In this document: in pieces, positions 16,055-24,617 of the stretch
Numbering within the stretch: position 1 is the first letter of the stretch
How the letters are laid out: every line of letters begins with the position of its first letter
Source: a virus
Reading direction: 5' to 3' (one strand)
DNA: 40,908 bases
IMG/VR virus record: IMGVR_UViG_3300007520_000036
Program-made: the position numbers and the translations under genes
The notes under the pieces: generated by a model
Databases searched by the model: none
What the model was told of the DNA's origin: nothing
Seen by the model: only the letters and a program-made list of their open reading frames with translations

Positions 16055-16516
16055 ATGAAACCAAACCAAACCGCACCGCTCGCATCTGAGCTGTCTATGC
16101 TGATGAAAGCAATCGACACAAGCAAGCACAAAGATTACCACGCTCAGAACGCCCACAACGAAGCGCAACAGCAGATGCTGAACGCGTCTATAAGCGTCGA
16201 CACAATGTTTATCATGCAAGCCGATATTATCTGCGAGGTCATAGCTAACCTGTGCAACACAAGTATCGAGCTGCTCAAATCAAAGTCCCGAGAATGCAAC
16301 GAAATGGAAGGGCGGAAAATAGCCTACCTTGCCATGCGACAGCTTCTGCCTAAAGTTGCGCTACGTAAGATTGGCGCGTACCTTGGAGGTCGTGACCATT
16401 CGACAGTACTGCATGGCATAGAGTCGATGCAAGATATAATAGCCACCGAGCCGCACACAAAGCGGCTTGTTAACGAGGTGCTTGCCGTAGCGAAGTATCA
16501 GATTAGATTGATTTGA
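16055..16516 (+). CDS. DnaA C-terminal (domain IV) HTH DNA-binding protein
   Basis: RKIAYLAMRQLLPKVALRKIGAYLGGRDHSTVLHGIESM carries the GGRDH[ST]TVLH signature of DnaA domain IV. Start is uncertain (16055 or 16097). Confidence 0.7.
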   Translation: MKPNQTAPLASELSMLMKAIDTSKHKDYHAQNAHNEAQQQMLNASISVDTMFIMQADIICEVIANLCNTSIELLKSKSRECNEMEGRKIAYLAMRQLLPKVALRKIGAYLGGRDHSTVLHGIESMQDIIATEPHTKRLVNEVLAVAKYQIRLI

Positions 16517-16539
16517 GGTGTATTTAAAAGACAAAGCAA

Positions 16540-16830
16540 ATGGGAAAGATAGTAATAGTATTGGGTCACGCAGACCCTGAGGTTCTTACAGAGCCAATTG
16601 ACCGAACCAAAGCGGAAAATCCGGACAAGGAAGTAATAAGCTGTCAAGAGGCGTTGCGCCGAGGTATTATATCGGGCTACCACATTACGCATAGTGATGA
16701 CTCAGATGGTGGCGAATTGGACGTATTCGGCATTGATGATTTGCAACGAAACGAGATTATAAAACTGAAGCTCAAAATACGAAAGCTGAAAAAGAAAATG
16801 CTAAAACTAAAACGACAACCTAAAAACTAA
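16540..16830 (+). CDS. Hypothetical protein with a Lys-rich C-terminal coiled segment
   Basis: 96-aa ORF ending KLKLKIRKLKKKMLKLKRQPKN. Confidence 0.5.
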   Translation: MGKIVIVLGHADPEVLTEPIDRTKAENPDKEVISCQEALRRGIISGYHITHSDDSDGGELDVFGIDDLQRNEIIKLKLKIRKLKKKMLKLKRQPKN

Positions 16831-16841
16831 ATTTATAAATT

Positions 16842-17060
16842 ATGCATAGTTGCGATCGAGATTTACCATTTTTCCCCGATACAGGTTGCGGGAATATTCA
16901 AAGACCTAAGTCTTCATATACAATTGAAAACGGAAGGTGTTTTCAAGACGGACAATTACTTGGAGACGTAATTTTTGCAGATGAGAAAATTATGCAAGTT
17001 GAACAAAAAAACGGAGGGCTATGCGACGGTCGGGTTATCACGTTTATTAGGACGGACTAA
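16842..17060 (+). CDS. Hypothetical protein (72 aa), last gene of the early operon
   Basis: ORF followed by a terminator. Confidence 0.45.
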   Translation: MHSCDRDLPFFPDTGCGNIQRPKSSYTIENGRCFQDGQLLGDVIFADEKIMQVEQKNGGLCDGRVITFIRTD

Positions 17061-17095
17061 AATTATAGCAAAGACAGCCTCGCTATTAAGCCAAT

Positions 17096-17126
17096 AAATC
17101 CCGCTCTTTGTAGTTCGGGATTTTTT
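17096..17126 (+). terminator. Rho-independent terminator ending the early/replication operon
   Basis: 8-bp stem aaatcccg/cgggattt, 12-nt loop, T6 run. Confidence 0.75.
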
Positions 17127-17130
17127 GCTT

Positions 17131-17138
17131 TAACTTTG
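17131..17138 (+). promoter_or_regulatory. TAACTTTG -7 promoter motif 4 nt upstream of the terS ATG
   Basis: TAnnTTTG, with a TTTG at 17107..17110 (20-nt spacing, as expected for a Bacteroides-type -33 element). Confidence 0.5.
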
Positions 17139-17142
17139 AGCC

Positions 17143-17592
17143 ATGCCAACAACAAAGGGACACGGAAAGTATATCGAAACGCCCGAAAAGCTTTGGGAGT
17201 TATTTAGCGAGTTCATGGAATGGATTAAGAACAACCCGTTTCAAGTACAGGATTATGTCGGGAAAGACGGGCTAATGGTGTACCGCGATAAGCAAAGACC
17301 GCTTACATGGATGGGCTTTGAAAAGTGGCTTTACCTGAATAGTATTATCAGCGACATGAGGAGTTACGAGCAGAACGAGAAGGGGTCGTACACTAATTAT
17401 CTTCCCGTCATCAGTCGCATTAAGGCAATTTGCAAGGGCGACATAGTCGAAGGGAGCAGTTCAGGCATCTTTAACGCCAATATTGCGGCACGTGTTGCCG
17501 AACTTACCGACAAGCAAGAAACCAAGCTAACAGGCACGCCTTTCGTTCTAACCCTTACCGAGCCGCATGAAGCTGACGGCCAAACAGACTAA
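17143..17592 (+). CDS. terS: Terminase small subunit (putative)
   Basis: Position immediately upstream of and overlapping terL. The N-terminal KYIETPEKLWELFSEFMEWIKNNPF resembles gp3-type packaging proteins. Confidence 0.55.
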   Translation: MPTTKGHGKYIETPEKLWELFSEFMEWIKNNPFQVQDYVGKDGLMVYRDKQRPLTWMGFEKWLYLNSIISDMRSYEQNEKGSYTNYLPVISRIKAICKGDIVEGSSSGIFNANIAARVAELTDKQETKLTGTPFVLTLTEPHEADGQTD

Positions 17593-18913
17593 AGCCTATC
17601 GGTCGGCACTGTCAGGCGAAAAGCAGTTTATTCTATTCGGCGGGGCTATTCGAGGCGGTAAAACCTATTGGCTACTGCTTACGTTTATATCGCTATGCAG
17701 CAAGTTCCCTAAATCGCGGTGGGTGATTATCCGCGAATCACTGCCTACGCTTAAGCGCACGACGTTAGTGACGTTTAAGGAAATAATTAACCAAGGCTTA
17801 GCGCCTCACATCGAATCGTTCAATCAGGATACTTTCACCGTGACTTTCACTAATAAGTCTGAGCTGATTTTTATGCCTGAAAGTTACGATCAAGATAAAG
17901 ACCTCAACAGGTTTCGCGGTTTGGAAATCAACGGCGGTGGCATAGATGAAATTAACGAATGCCACGAGCAGATGCTATACAAGCTTTTCGAGCGTTCCGG
18001 CACGTGGCTACACGCTCAGCCTGACGTCGAAGGCAATACCGCGCCTATTATCATTTTAGCGACGTGTAACCCCGCGCAAAATTGGATTAAAGACGTAGTT
18101 TACGACAAATGGAAAAGCGATACGCTACCAAAGACGTGGCAGTACATACCGTCTAAAATCACCGACAATCCACACATTCCGCTTGAATACATGGAATCGT
18201 TACGGGAAAACCTACCGCCTTACGAGTTCCAAAAGTTTGTCGAAGGTGACTGGGACGTGGCAGAAAAAGCGGTTAACCCGTTCTTTTTGGCTTACGAACC
18301 CGCCAAGCACGAAAGCAAAGCGGAACTATTTGACCCGCTTAAACCGATACTTATTAGCTTAGACTTTAACCTGCAACCTTTTTGCGGCATAGTTTGTCAG
18401 TACTTTATCGACGACAAAGGAATCCACCGCTTTAGGGTAGTCGATGAAATATCGGTTGCCGATGGCTCAATCCCTAAAATGATTGATGCTATCAAGCTAC
18501 GCTACGGAGCGCACCTTGCAAGCTGCTTCCTGACAGGCGACGCAATGGGCAACCGCGGCGACTTATCGCAACGTGACAACGCTAACTACTACGAGCAAAT
18601 AGCGCGCGGCTTAGGGCTTAAGGATAGGCAAATGGTTGTACCACGCGCTAATCCAACACACGAAAATAGCCGCGCTGAATGTAACTTTGTGCTTCAAAAC
18701 TTTCCAGACTTTAAAATTAGCCCTAATTGCAAAGGCGTGCGGCGCGATGTCAGGTCGGTTGAATGCGACGCAGCGGGGTCTATTATCAAGAAAAACAGAA
18801 AGATAATATCGCAACAGGCCGACATGGCTGACTGTTTACGCTATGCTATAAACACGTTCTTAGGCGAATGGTATGCCAAAGAGCTAAAAAGAATTGGATA
18901 TAACCGCAAATGA
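17567..18913 (+). CDS. terL: Terminase large subunit
   Basis: LFGGAIRGGKTYW (Walker A-like), GGGIDEINE (Walker B / catalytic Glu), ILATCNP. 448 aa with an Asp-rich nuclease half. Confidence 0.85.
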   Translation: MKLTAKQTKAYRSALSGEKQFILFGGAIRGGKTYWLLLTFISLCSKFPKSRWVIIRESLPTLKRTTLVTFKEIINQGLAPHIESFNQDTFTVTFTNKSELIFMPESYDQDKDLNRFRGLEINGGGIDEINECHEQMLYKLFERSGTWLHAQPDVEGNTAPIIILATCNPAQNWIKDVVYDKWKSDTLPKTWQYIPSKITDNPHIPLEYMESLRENLPPYEFQKFVEGDWDVAEKAVNPFFLAYEPAKHESKAELFDPLKPILISLDFNLQPFCGIVCQYFIDDKGIHRFRVVDEISVADGSIPKMIDAIKLRYGAHLASCFLTGDAMGNRGDLSQRDNANYYEQIARGLGLKDRQMVVPRANPTHENSRAECNFVLQNFPDFKISPNCKGVRRDVRSVECDAAGSIIKKNRKIISQQADMADCLRYAINTFLGEWYAKELKRIGYNRK

Positions 18914-18914
18914 T

Positions 18915-18922
18915 TAATTTTG
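18915..18922 (+). promoter_or_regulatory. TAATTTTG -7 promoter motif ahead of the tail module
   Basis: TAnnTTTG lies 31 nt upstream of the ATG at 18953. Confidence 0.4.
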
Positions 18923-18952
18923 AAACAACTAAATAAATAAATACTTACTACC

Positions 18953-19315
18953 ATGAGCTGCGAACCCTGCTTACTTATCGCTTCCTTCGACATTTGCTGC
19001 ACCGACCTAACAATCGGCACGGTAGCCTTAGCTGGAGAGTACCGCACAATTATCACCGACCTATCGACAGGGGCTAAATTCAGCTACGTGTCGACAGTAG
19101 CGGCTAATAACGACCTGCTGACAATACAGCCAAACGATATTGAGGTACGCGAATATTTCTTTACCACTAACCGAACCTACGCGCTTGAAACCTTCATACA
19201 GACAGCAAGCGACTGCAACACCAACACGCCCGCCAATATAACGCGCGGCGAAGACGTAGAAACGTGCTTTTCGTTCGAGTTCTTACGAATGGACAACATA
19301 ACCACCGCGCCATGA
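18953..19315 (+). CDS. Hypothetical virion-module protein (120 aa)
   Basis: ORF at the start of the tail module. No recognisable motif. Confidence 0.5.
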   Translation: MSCEPCLLIASFDICCTDLTIGTVALAGEYRTIITDLSTGAKFSYVSTVAANNDLLTIQPNDIEVREYFFTTNRTYALETFIQTASDCNTNTPANITRGEDVETCFSFEFLRMDNITTAP

Positions 19316-19644
19316 CCTTTCTAGAATTAGCCGTAATAACTAGCTTGTCGTGTGTAGCGATGTATGTGCTGTTTGAAAGCAATATGCTGCTATCGTTTTT
19401 TACCGACAGATACCGGATTAAAGACTTTACCCGCAACGTTATAAACGAATACGACGACAGTAAAACGAAGTGGTATCACAAGCCGCTATTCGCTTGTGTG
19501 GGCTGCATGGCTTCGTTTTGGGGCACATCTTTCTACGCGCTATACACGGTTGTGCTAGAGTTCCGATGCTTCGATAGCGCCGAAATGCTATGCACGTGCT
19601 TGATTTGCGTTCCTTTAAATTTCATCTTTAACAACCTTACATGA
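19312..19644 (+). CDS. Multi-pass membrane protein inside the tail module
   Basis: The ATG at 19312 makes an ATGA overlap with the previous stop. Hydrophobic helices: LELAVITSLSCVAMYVLF, LFACVGCMASFWGTSFYALYTVVL, LCTCLICVPLNFIF. Confidence 0.5.
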   Translation: MTFLELAVITSLSCVAMYVLFESNMLLSFFTDRYRIKDFTRNVINEYDDSKTKWYHKPLFACVGCMASFWGTSFYALYTVVLEFRCFDSAEMLCTCLICVPLNFIFNNLT

Positions 19645-20264
19645 TAGCTTTATTTTACAGACTATTCAAAAGCAAACTAAACAGGCTTGCGTGGATTGAC
19701 CAAAACAAACCAAACCCATTCGCGGGGCTTGAATTCGCGTTCAATCTTAACGGTGTAGATTATTGCACGTATCGCAGCGTGTTTGATATGCCTATGGTTC
19801 GCATGGGCAAAGTACAAGTTCTATTGGCTCAGCTTGCCTCCTGTATTAGCAGCGATGAATTAGATAGGTTCGTGGCGGCAATGAAAGGCGAGCTAGACAA
19901 GGCAACGCAAGGCACGGCGGTCAAGAACTTAGCACGTATCGGGTGGCTTATCGAGGAAATGAACAACCGAAAAACCCTGTTGGTGCATACCGATATAATG
20001 CTCCAAATCTGCGCAGCGTCAGTTATGGCTAAGGGCATAGACCCCGCCGTGTGGAATGAAGACACGGAAAAACATAAGTACGAATTATTTAAATCGGCTT
20101 ACAGCACGGAGGGTCTGGCAGGTTTTTTTCAGCAAGCAGGGTTAACACAATTCTTGCCTCGATTAAACGATATCGAGAAAGACTTGACGCGGTACTTGGC
20201 GGAGTCGGACAACTACTTGAAGGCGCAGGCAGAGGTAATGAAAAGCTTCAACGAGAAATCTTAA
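19641..20264 (+). CDS. Tail assembly chaperone (gpG-like), zero-frame product
   Basis: Position directly upstream of the tape measure gene. Contains a slippery run and an open -1 frame. Confidence 0.6.
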   Translation: MIALFYRLFKSKLNRLAWIDQNKPNPFAGLEFAFNLNGVDYCTYRSVFDMPMVRMGKVQVLLAQLASCISSDELDRFVAAMKGELDKATQGTAVKNLARIGWLIEEMNNRKTLLVHTDIMLQICAASVMAKGIDPAVWNEDTEKHKYELFKSAYSTEGLAGFFQQAGLTQFLPRLNDIEKDLTRYLAESDNYLKAQAEVMKSFNEKS

Positions 20265-20422
20265 GCATCGGCGCGGAACTTTTTAAAACGGATTTGAACT
20301 TCCGTGAGTTCCTGTTATTCCACGCGCGCACCTCGCCAATGGAATATGAGTACATGAAAAAAATGAGTTGTGAGGATTTTCTAACTTTGCTCAAAGTCCG
20401 CGAAGACATAAAACCCAAGTAG
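19641..20422 (+). CDS. Tail assembly chaperone frameshift product (gpGT-like fusion)
   Basis: After the slip at 20123..20129 the -1 frame reads ...SASRVNTILASIKRYRERLDAVLGGVGQLLEGAGRGNEKLQREILSIGAELFKTDLNFREFLLFHARTSPMEYEYMKKMSCEDFLTLLKVREDIKPK and stops 2 nt before the TMP ATG. Confidence 0.55.
20123..20129 (+). promoter_or_regulatory. -1 programmed ribosomal frameshift slippery heptamer T_TTT_TTT
   Basis: The zero frame reads GGT TTT TTT CAG. I translated the -1 frame codon by codon and it is open from 20093 to the TAG at 20420..20422. Confidence 0.6.
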
Positions 20423-20424
20423 CT

Positions 20425-22992
20425 ATGGCTGAAAAAGTAATAATCGAGTATGATGCCAACATAAAAGGACTTACCGGCAAGCTCGACGCTATAATCAACA
20501 AAGACAAGGAATTAGGCGGTCAAACCGAGAAGACCGGTAAAAAGATGCAAGACAGCATCAATAAGACCGACGCAGACGCTAACAACCTTGGCAACAGCTT
20601 CAACAACTTAAAGGGCTATGTCGCATCGGCTTTCGCGGTCGGCTCCATACTTGCATTCGGCAAAGAGGTTGTTGATGTCACGCGCAAAACCGAGCTGCTT
20701 CAAAACCAACTAAACTTTGTCGCAGGGTCAACACAAGCCGGAGCGATGCTATTCAGCCGCTTGCAAAAAGAAGCGCAAACATTAGGGCTTGAATTCACCG
20801 CGCTAAGTAAAGGCTTTGCGGGCTTTGCAATCGCATCGAAGCAAGCGGGTATTTCGGCAAATCAAAGCATTGAAACATATCTAAAGTTCGCCAAAGGATT
20901 GCGCGGTGCGGGCGCATCTGCTCAGGCTACCGAGCGCGCTTTCTATGCACTAGAGCAAATGATGTCGAAGGGCAAAGTATCAACCGAGGAACTAAGGCTG
21001 CAAATGGGCGAAGCGTTGCCCGGCGCTACTGCCTTAGCGGCTCGCGCGGTCGGTAAGACTACGGCTGAGTTCACTAAAATGTTGGAGCAGGGGCAAATTA
21101 TATCTTCTGATTTCATCCCGAAATTTGCGGCAGTAGTCGAAAAGGAGTTCCTTCCCGCACTGACAGGTAAGACCAATAGCTTAGACGCGGCTTTGATTCG
21201 CGTAGGCAATGGCTTTGAGAACTTGATGCGGTCTATTGGCGACAGCAATAAAGGCGCGTTTAAGGCATTGGTAGACTTCACTAGCAACGCGCTATACAGC
21301 TTCAACGCAATGGCTCAAAACGAAACGATGCCGCTTTTACAGCGGTTAGGCGTGGCGTTTGAGTTTGCTTTCGGCGGTAAGAATGCGAAGCGAATGGTTG
21401 AGGAACAAATGGAGGTCAATGCGCTAAACGAGGCAAGCCTACAACGGCAAGCGGAGTATATTATCGTTAACGCTGACCTATCGGCTAACATTGCAGCGGT
21501 CAAAAAAGAGGAAATCGAAGACGAAAAGAAAGCGTCGGCAATCAGCAAGCTAACCAACGACGAACTATTAACACGCGTCGATTTAATACAGGCATCTATA
21601 CTTTTATTCGAAAAGCGCAATTCGGTGTTTATCAAAGCCGGAACATTAGAGCGGGTCGTCGGTGAACAAGCAATCAATGATTACAAAGCGCAAAAGTTCG
21701 CTATTGGATTAATCAACGAGGAAATATCAATACGCGCGGGGTTAGCGCAAAAAGAAGAGGAAAACAGAGGTGTCGCAGCCGAAAAGCGCAAAGCAGACGA
21801 GGCAATATTCCTGAAAAACGCCGTAGACCTAGCACGTATTAGGGTCGTTGAATCTGAGGGCGGCATCGACCGTATCAACGCGCTGATTGAGTTGCGCCGT
21901 GCCGAAGGTGCTGCTGAAATCGGCAACATCAAAAAGACCGCGACAGAAAAACTGTTAAGCGAGGCAAATCTAAACGCCGACCTTAAAAAGCTGTATGCTG
22001 ACCGCGCCGAAATGGTGGCGGACGCAACGACAGGCGGCGCGGATGAAGACATGGGCTTAAATCAGTCGGGTGGCAAAGCTATCGACCGCTTCCTAAAAAA
22101 TATAGGCATACAAAGGGACGCGGAAAAAAAGCTACTAAGCGATAAGATACAAGGCGAGCTTGAACTAGAAGCAATACGTCAGCGGCTAATCGAGCAGCAA
22201 CTAGCCGACACGGCACGGCGCACACAGGCAACGATTGAAAGCGTTACCCAAGTCGCTAATGTCTTTGGCGGCTTGATAAGCAGCTTTGTCGCTACCGAGA
22301 ACCAAATCGTTCAGCAGCAAGCCGAACAAGCTTTACGCAATCAAGAAGCGCTTTTACAATCGGGCGAAATAAACCAAATAGACTACGAGAAAAACATAGG
22401 CGCCATAAAAGCCCGTGCCTTTGAAAAGCAGAAAGAAGCGGCTGTAATCGACGCGCAAATCAAATCCGCGCTTGCCGTATTGCAGCTCTTTACCTCGTTA
22501 CCATTCCCCGCAGCACTAGCCGCTTCACCGTTTATAGTTGCTTTAGGGGTGCGGCAAGTCGATGCGATACGCTCACAGCCGATACCGACATTCCACGAAG
22601 GCGGTATCGACATTGGCGGCGGCGGCAACATGACTAGCGGTAGCCTTAAGCCGAACGAGTTCTTAGCTAAGCTTGAACGAAACGAATCGGTTATCACCAA
22701 GCAGCGCACCTCTCAGTACTACGGTGAGTTAGAAGCCGTTCAAAACGGAAGGCTTGAAGATTACATCGCACGGCACTACATCGCACCGGCACTTAAGAAC
22801 GCGCGCGGCGGTGAAGGCATCGGTAGCAGCACTGCCAACACAATCGAAGTAATGTTCCAACAAGCTGACTTGGTCAACGCCGTCAGGGGTAATAAAACGG
22901 TACGGCTACACAAAGACACGGTTAAACAATTGGCAGGGGCTATGCAGCCGTCCTCAGCAGGTAAGATACTTAACAGGAGGGCGTGGGCATGA
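20425..22992 (+). CDS. Tail tape measure protein
   Basis: 855 aa. Core GKVSTEELRLQMGEALPGATALAARAVGKTTAEFTKMLEQGQIISSDFIPKFAAVVEKEF is typical of the PhageMin_Tail/TP901 TMP core. Long coiled-coil regions. Confidence 0.9.
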   Translation: MAEKVIIEYDANIKGLTGKLDAIINKDKELGGQTEKTGKKMQDSINKTDADANNLGNSFNNLKGYVASAFAVGSILAFGKEVVDVTRKTELLQNQLNFVAGSTQAGAMLFSRLQKEAQTLGLEFTALSKGFAGFAIASKQAGISANQSIETYLKFAKGLRGAGASAQATERAFYALEQMMSKGKVSTEELRLQMGEALPGATALAARAVGKTTAEFTKMLEQGQIISSDFIPKFAAVVEKEFLPALTGKTNSLDAALIRVGNGFENLMRSIGDSNKGAFKALVDFTSNALYSFNAMAQNETMPLLQRLGVAFEFAFGGKNAKRMVEEQMEVNALNEASLQRQAEYIIVNADLSANIAAVKKEEIEDEKKASAISKLTNDELLTRVDLIQASILLFEKRNSVFIKAGTLERVVGEQAINDYKAQKFAIGLINEEISIRAGLAQKEEENRGVAAEKRKADEAIFLKNAVDLARIRVVESEGGIDRINALIELRRAEGAAEIGNIKKTATEKLLSEANLNADLKKLYADRAEMVADATTGGADEDMGLNQSGGKAIDRFLKNIGIQRDAEKKLLSDKIQGELELEAIRQRLIEQQLADTARRTQATIESVTQVANVFGGLISSFVATENQIVQQQAEQALRNQEALLQSGEINQIDYEKNIGAIKARAFEKQKEAAVIDAQIKSALAVLQLFTSLPFPAALAASPFIVALGVRQVDAIRSQPIPTFHEGGIDIGGGGNMTSGSLKPNEFLAKLERNESVITKQRTSQYYGELEAVQNGRLEDYIARHYIAPALKNARGGEGIGSSTANTIEVMFQQADLVNAVRGNKTVRLHKDTVKQLAGAMQPSSAGKILNRRAWA

Positions 22993-24617
22993 GTTACGCA
23001 GTAACGCTTAACGGCATAGGGCTAACCAACGAGCCGAAAGGGCTTGAACTTGAAAGTGCTATTCAGATAGTGCGCGACAGAAACATTCCGGGCTTATTTA
23101 CCACGTTAATATCTGATCTAGAGTTTTGGGGCGATGGCTACGATGTGCTATTAGCAGCAGTTCAGGGCGTGGGGATATGCGAGTCGATACCTATTACCAT
23201 TGTGGAAGATTGCGAGGTCAACGGCATCAACTTTGAAGGCTTGATATTTCTTTCCGATATTGACCTCGACCTATTCAAATGCACCGCTACGGCAAGCGCG
23301 GAAGACAATAGCCTTGCCTCGCTTGTGCTCAGGTTAAAAGATACTAAGGTCAGGGTCAATTCAGGCTTTACGCTCAACGGCTTAGTGCTTACCGACATTG
23401 GCAGCAATATTGGTGGCAAGACATGGTACACGCTCGAAGAACTTTTTCAGCATACCATAAGCTACATAACCGACAATGAACTAACAGTCAACACGGGCGT
23501 AATTTTCGGCACTAATTTTTTACCATCAGACGCGGGAATTACTGTTTTAACAACAACAAGCTTGGCAGGTACTATTTTGCTTAATTACACCGACCCCGTA
23601 GGCATACCCGTTGACCGCTCTATTGCAATACCATTCGAACAAACCATTGACCAAATAGCCGAAAAAATTGCGCTATCCCTTGCTGACGAAACGCTTAACA
23701 ACTTAGGCAGGCAAGCGATTGTTCCGTATTTTATCGACAGACTTGGAGCCGTAATTATATTAGTATCTTTCCCAAGCTTTAGCGGGCTTACCGTTGACAT
23801 GGGCGGCACGGGAACTGTATTGGTAGGTGTCACTGCGGGCAGCTACGGGTTAAACAATGTAGTAATAACGCCGGGCAGCAACTTAAACGCGGCAGCCCCG
23901 CAGGATTGGACAATAAGCTTCCAAAATGTTGTTTCGATAGGCGCCTATTATAACCTATCGTTTGAATTCAGAGATACCGATAGCGTGCAAGAGCTTTTTA
24001 TTGACCATGAATCAGCGTTCTTTGTCAACACTCCGTTATTCACAATCGGTGGTGCTAAAATCATGCAAAGCCAAACCGCGCCGTTTAGTTTCGGCTCGCT
24101 GCAATACAACCAACAAGCAGAAGACGTGGAGCTGCTGCTATTTAAAGAGCGGTCTTATGTTAGCTATTCATGTGTGAATTCTGATATTAACATAGCAGCC
24201 GCGGCTTCGCCTTATTTGCTAGAAGTAGACGCTGACGCGCAAAGCGATAAGTACTACTTAGCCGAAGTAGTCGGTGGCTCAATAGCATCTTATCAAACGT
24301 CATATTACAACGGCGCAACAATAATATTAGGAAAGCTTTACCGTAGCGGCTCGATACTAAACACGTACGTCGCTAAGAACTACTCGAACCGCGCACCCTT
24401 GGGGCTGACATTCGAGGGCGTTACGGTCACCAACGACTACCCAATCAAGATTACGAAAAGCATTACCTTTGACTACCCGATAACACGGGCTAACCTAAAG
24501 GCGATGAACGACAACAAAAAAGGGTATATCACCGTAAACGGCATAAACGGATGGATAAACAACGTTACGTCAAGCCTTAAAACAGGACTCACGCAATTTG
24601 AACTAATAACAGAATGA
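22989..24617 (+). CDS. Distal tail / baseplate protein (putative)
   Basis: The ATG at 22989 makes an ATGA overlap with the TMP stop. Call rests on position after the TMP. Confidence 0.45.
   Translation: MSYAVTLNGIGLTNEPKGLELESAIQIVRDRNIPGLFTTLISDLEFWGDGYDVLLAAVQGVGICESIPITIVEDCEVNGINFEGLIFLSDIDLDLFKCTATASAEDNSLASLVLRLKDTKVRVNSGFTLNGLVLTDIGSNIGGKTWYTLEELFQHTISYITDNELTVNTGVIFGTNFLPSDAGITVLTTTSLAGTILLNYTDPVGIPVDRSIAIPFEQTIDQIAEKIALSLADETLNNLGRQAIVPYFIDRLGAVIILVSFPSFSGLTVDMGGTGTVLVGVTAGSYGLNNVVITPGSNLNAAAPQDWTISFQNVVSIGAYYNLSFEFRDTDSVQELFIDHESAFFVNTPLFTIGGAKIMQSQTAPFSFGSLQYNQQAEDVELLLFKERSYVSYSCVNSDINIAAAASPYLLEVDADAQSDKYYLAEVVGGSIASYQTSYYNGATIILGKLYRSGSILNTYVAKNYSNRAPLGLTFEGVTVTNDYPIKITKSITFDYPITRANLKAMNDNKKGYITVNGINGWINNVTSSLKTGLTQFELITE

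Noticed and set aside
15887-16219. 110-aa minus-strand ORF between 15720 and 16055
   Set aside because: It runs against the operon direction. Two + strand ORFs (15729..15875 and 15872..16042) with the conserved leader and an ATGA overlap explain the region better.
20943-22709. Series of 108-123-aa antisense ORFs inside the tape measure gene (20943..21305, 21315..21677, 21681..22052, 22383..22709)
   Set aside because: They are Ser/Ala/Leu-rich mirror-frame shadows of a confidently identified 855-aa TMP. They have no leaders or promoter motifs. The same applies to most other antisense track ORFs, for example 913..1128, 3566..4167, 8984..9843, 11092..12015, 13154..14028, 34225..35026 and 38514..39191.
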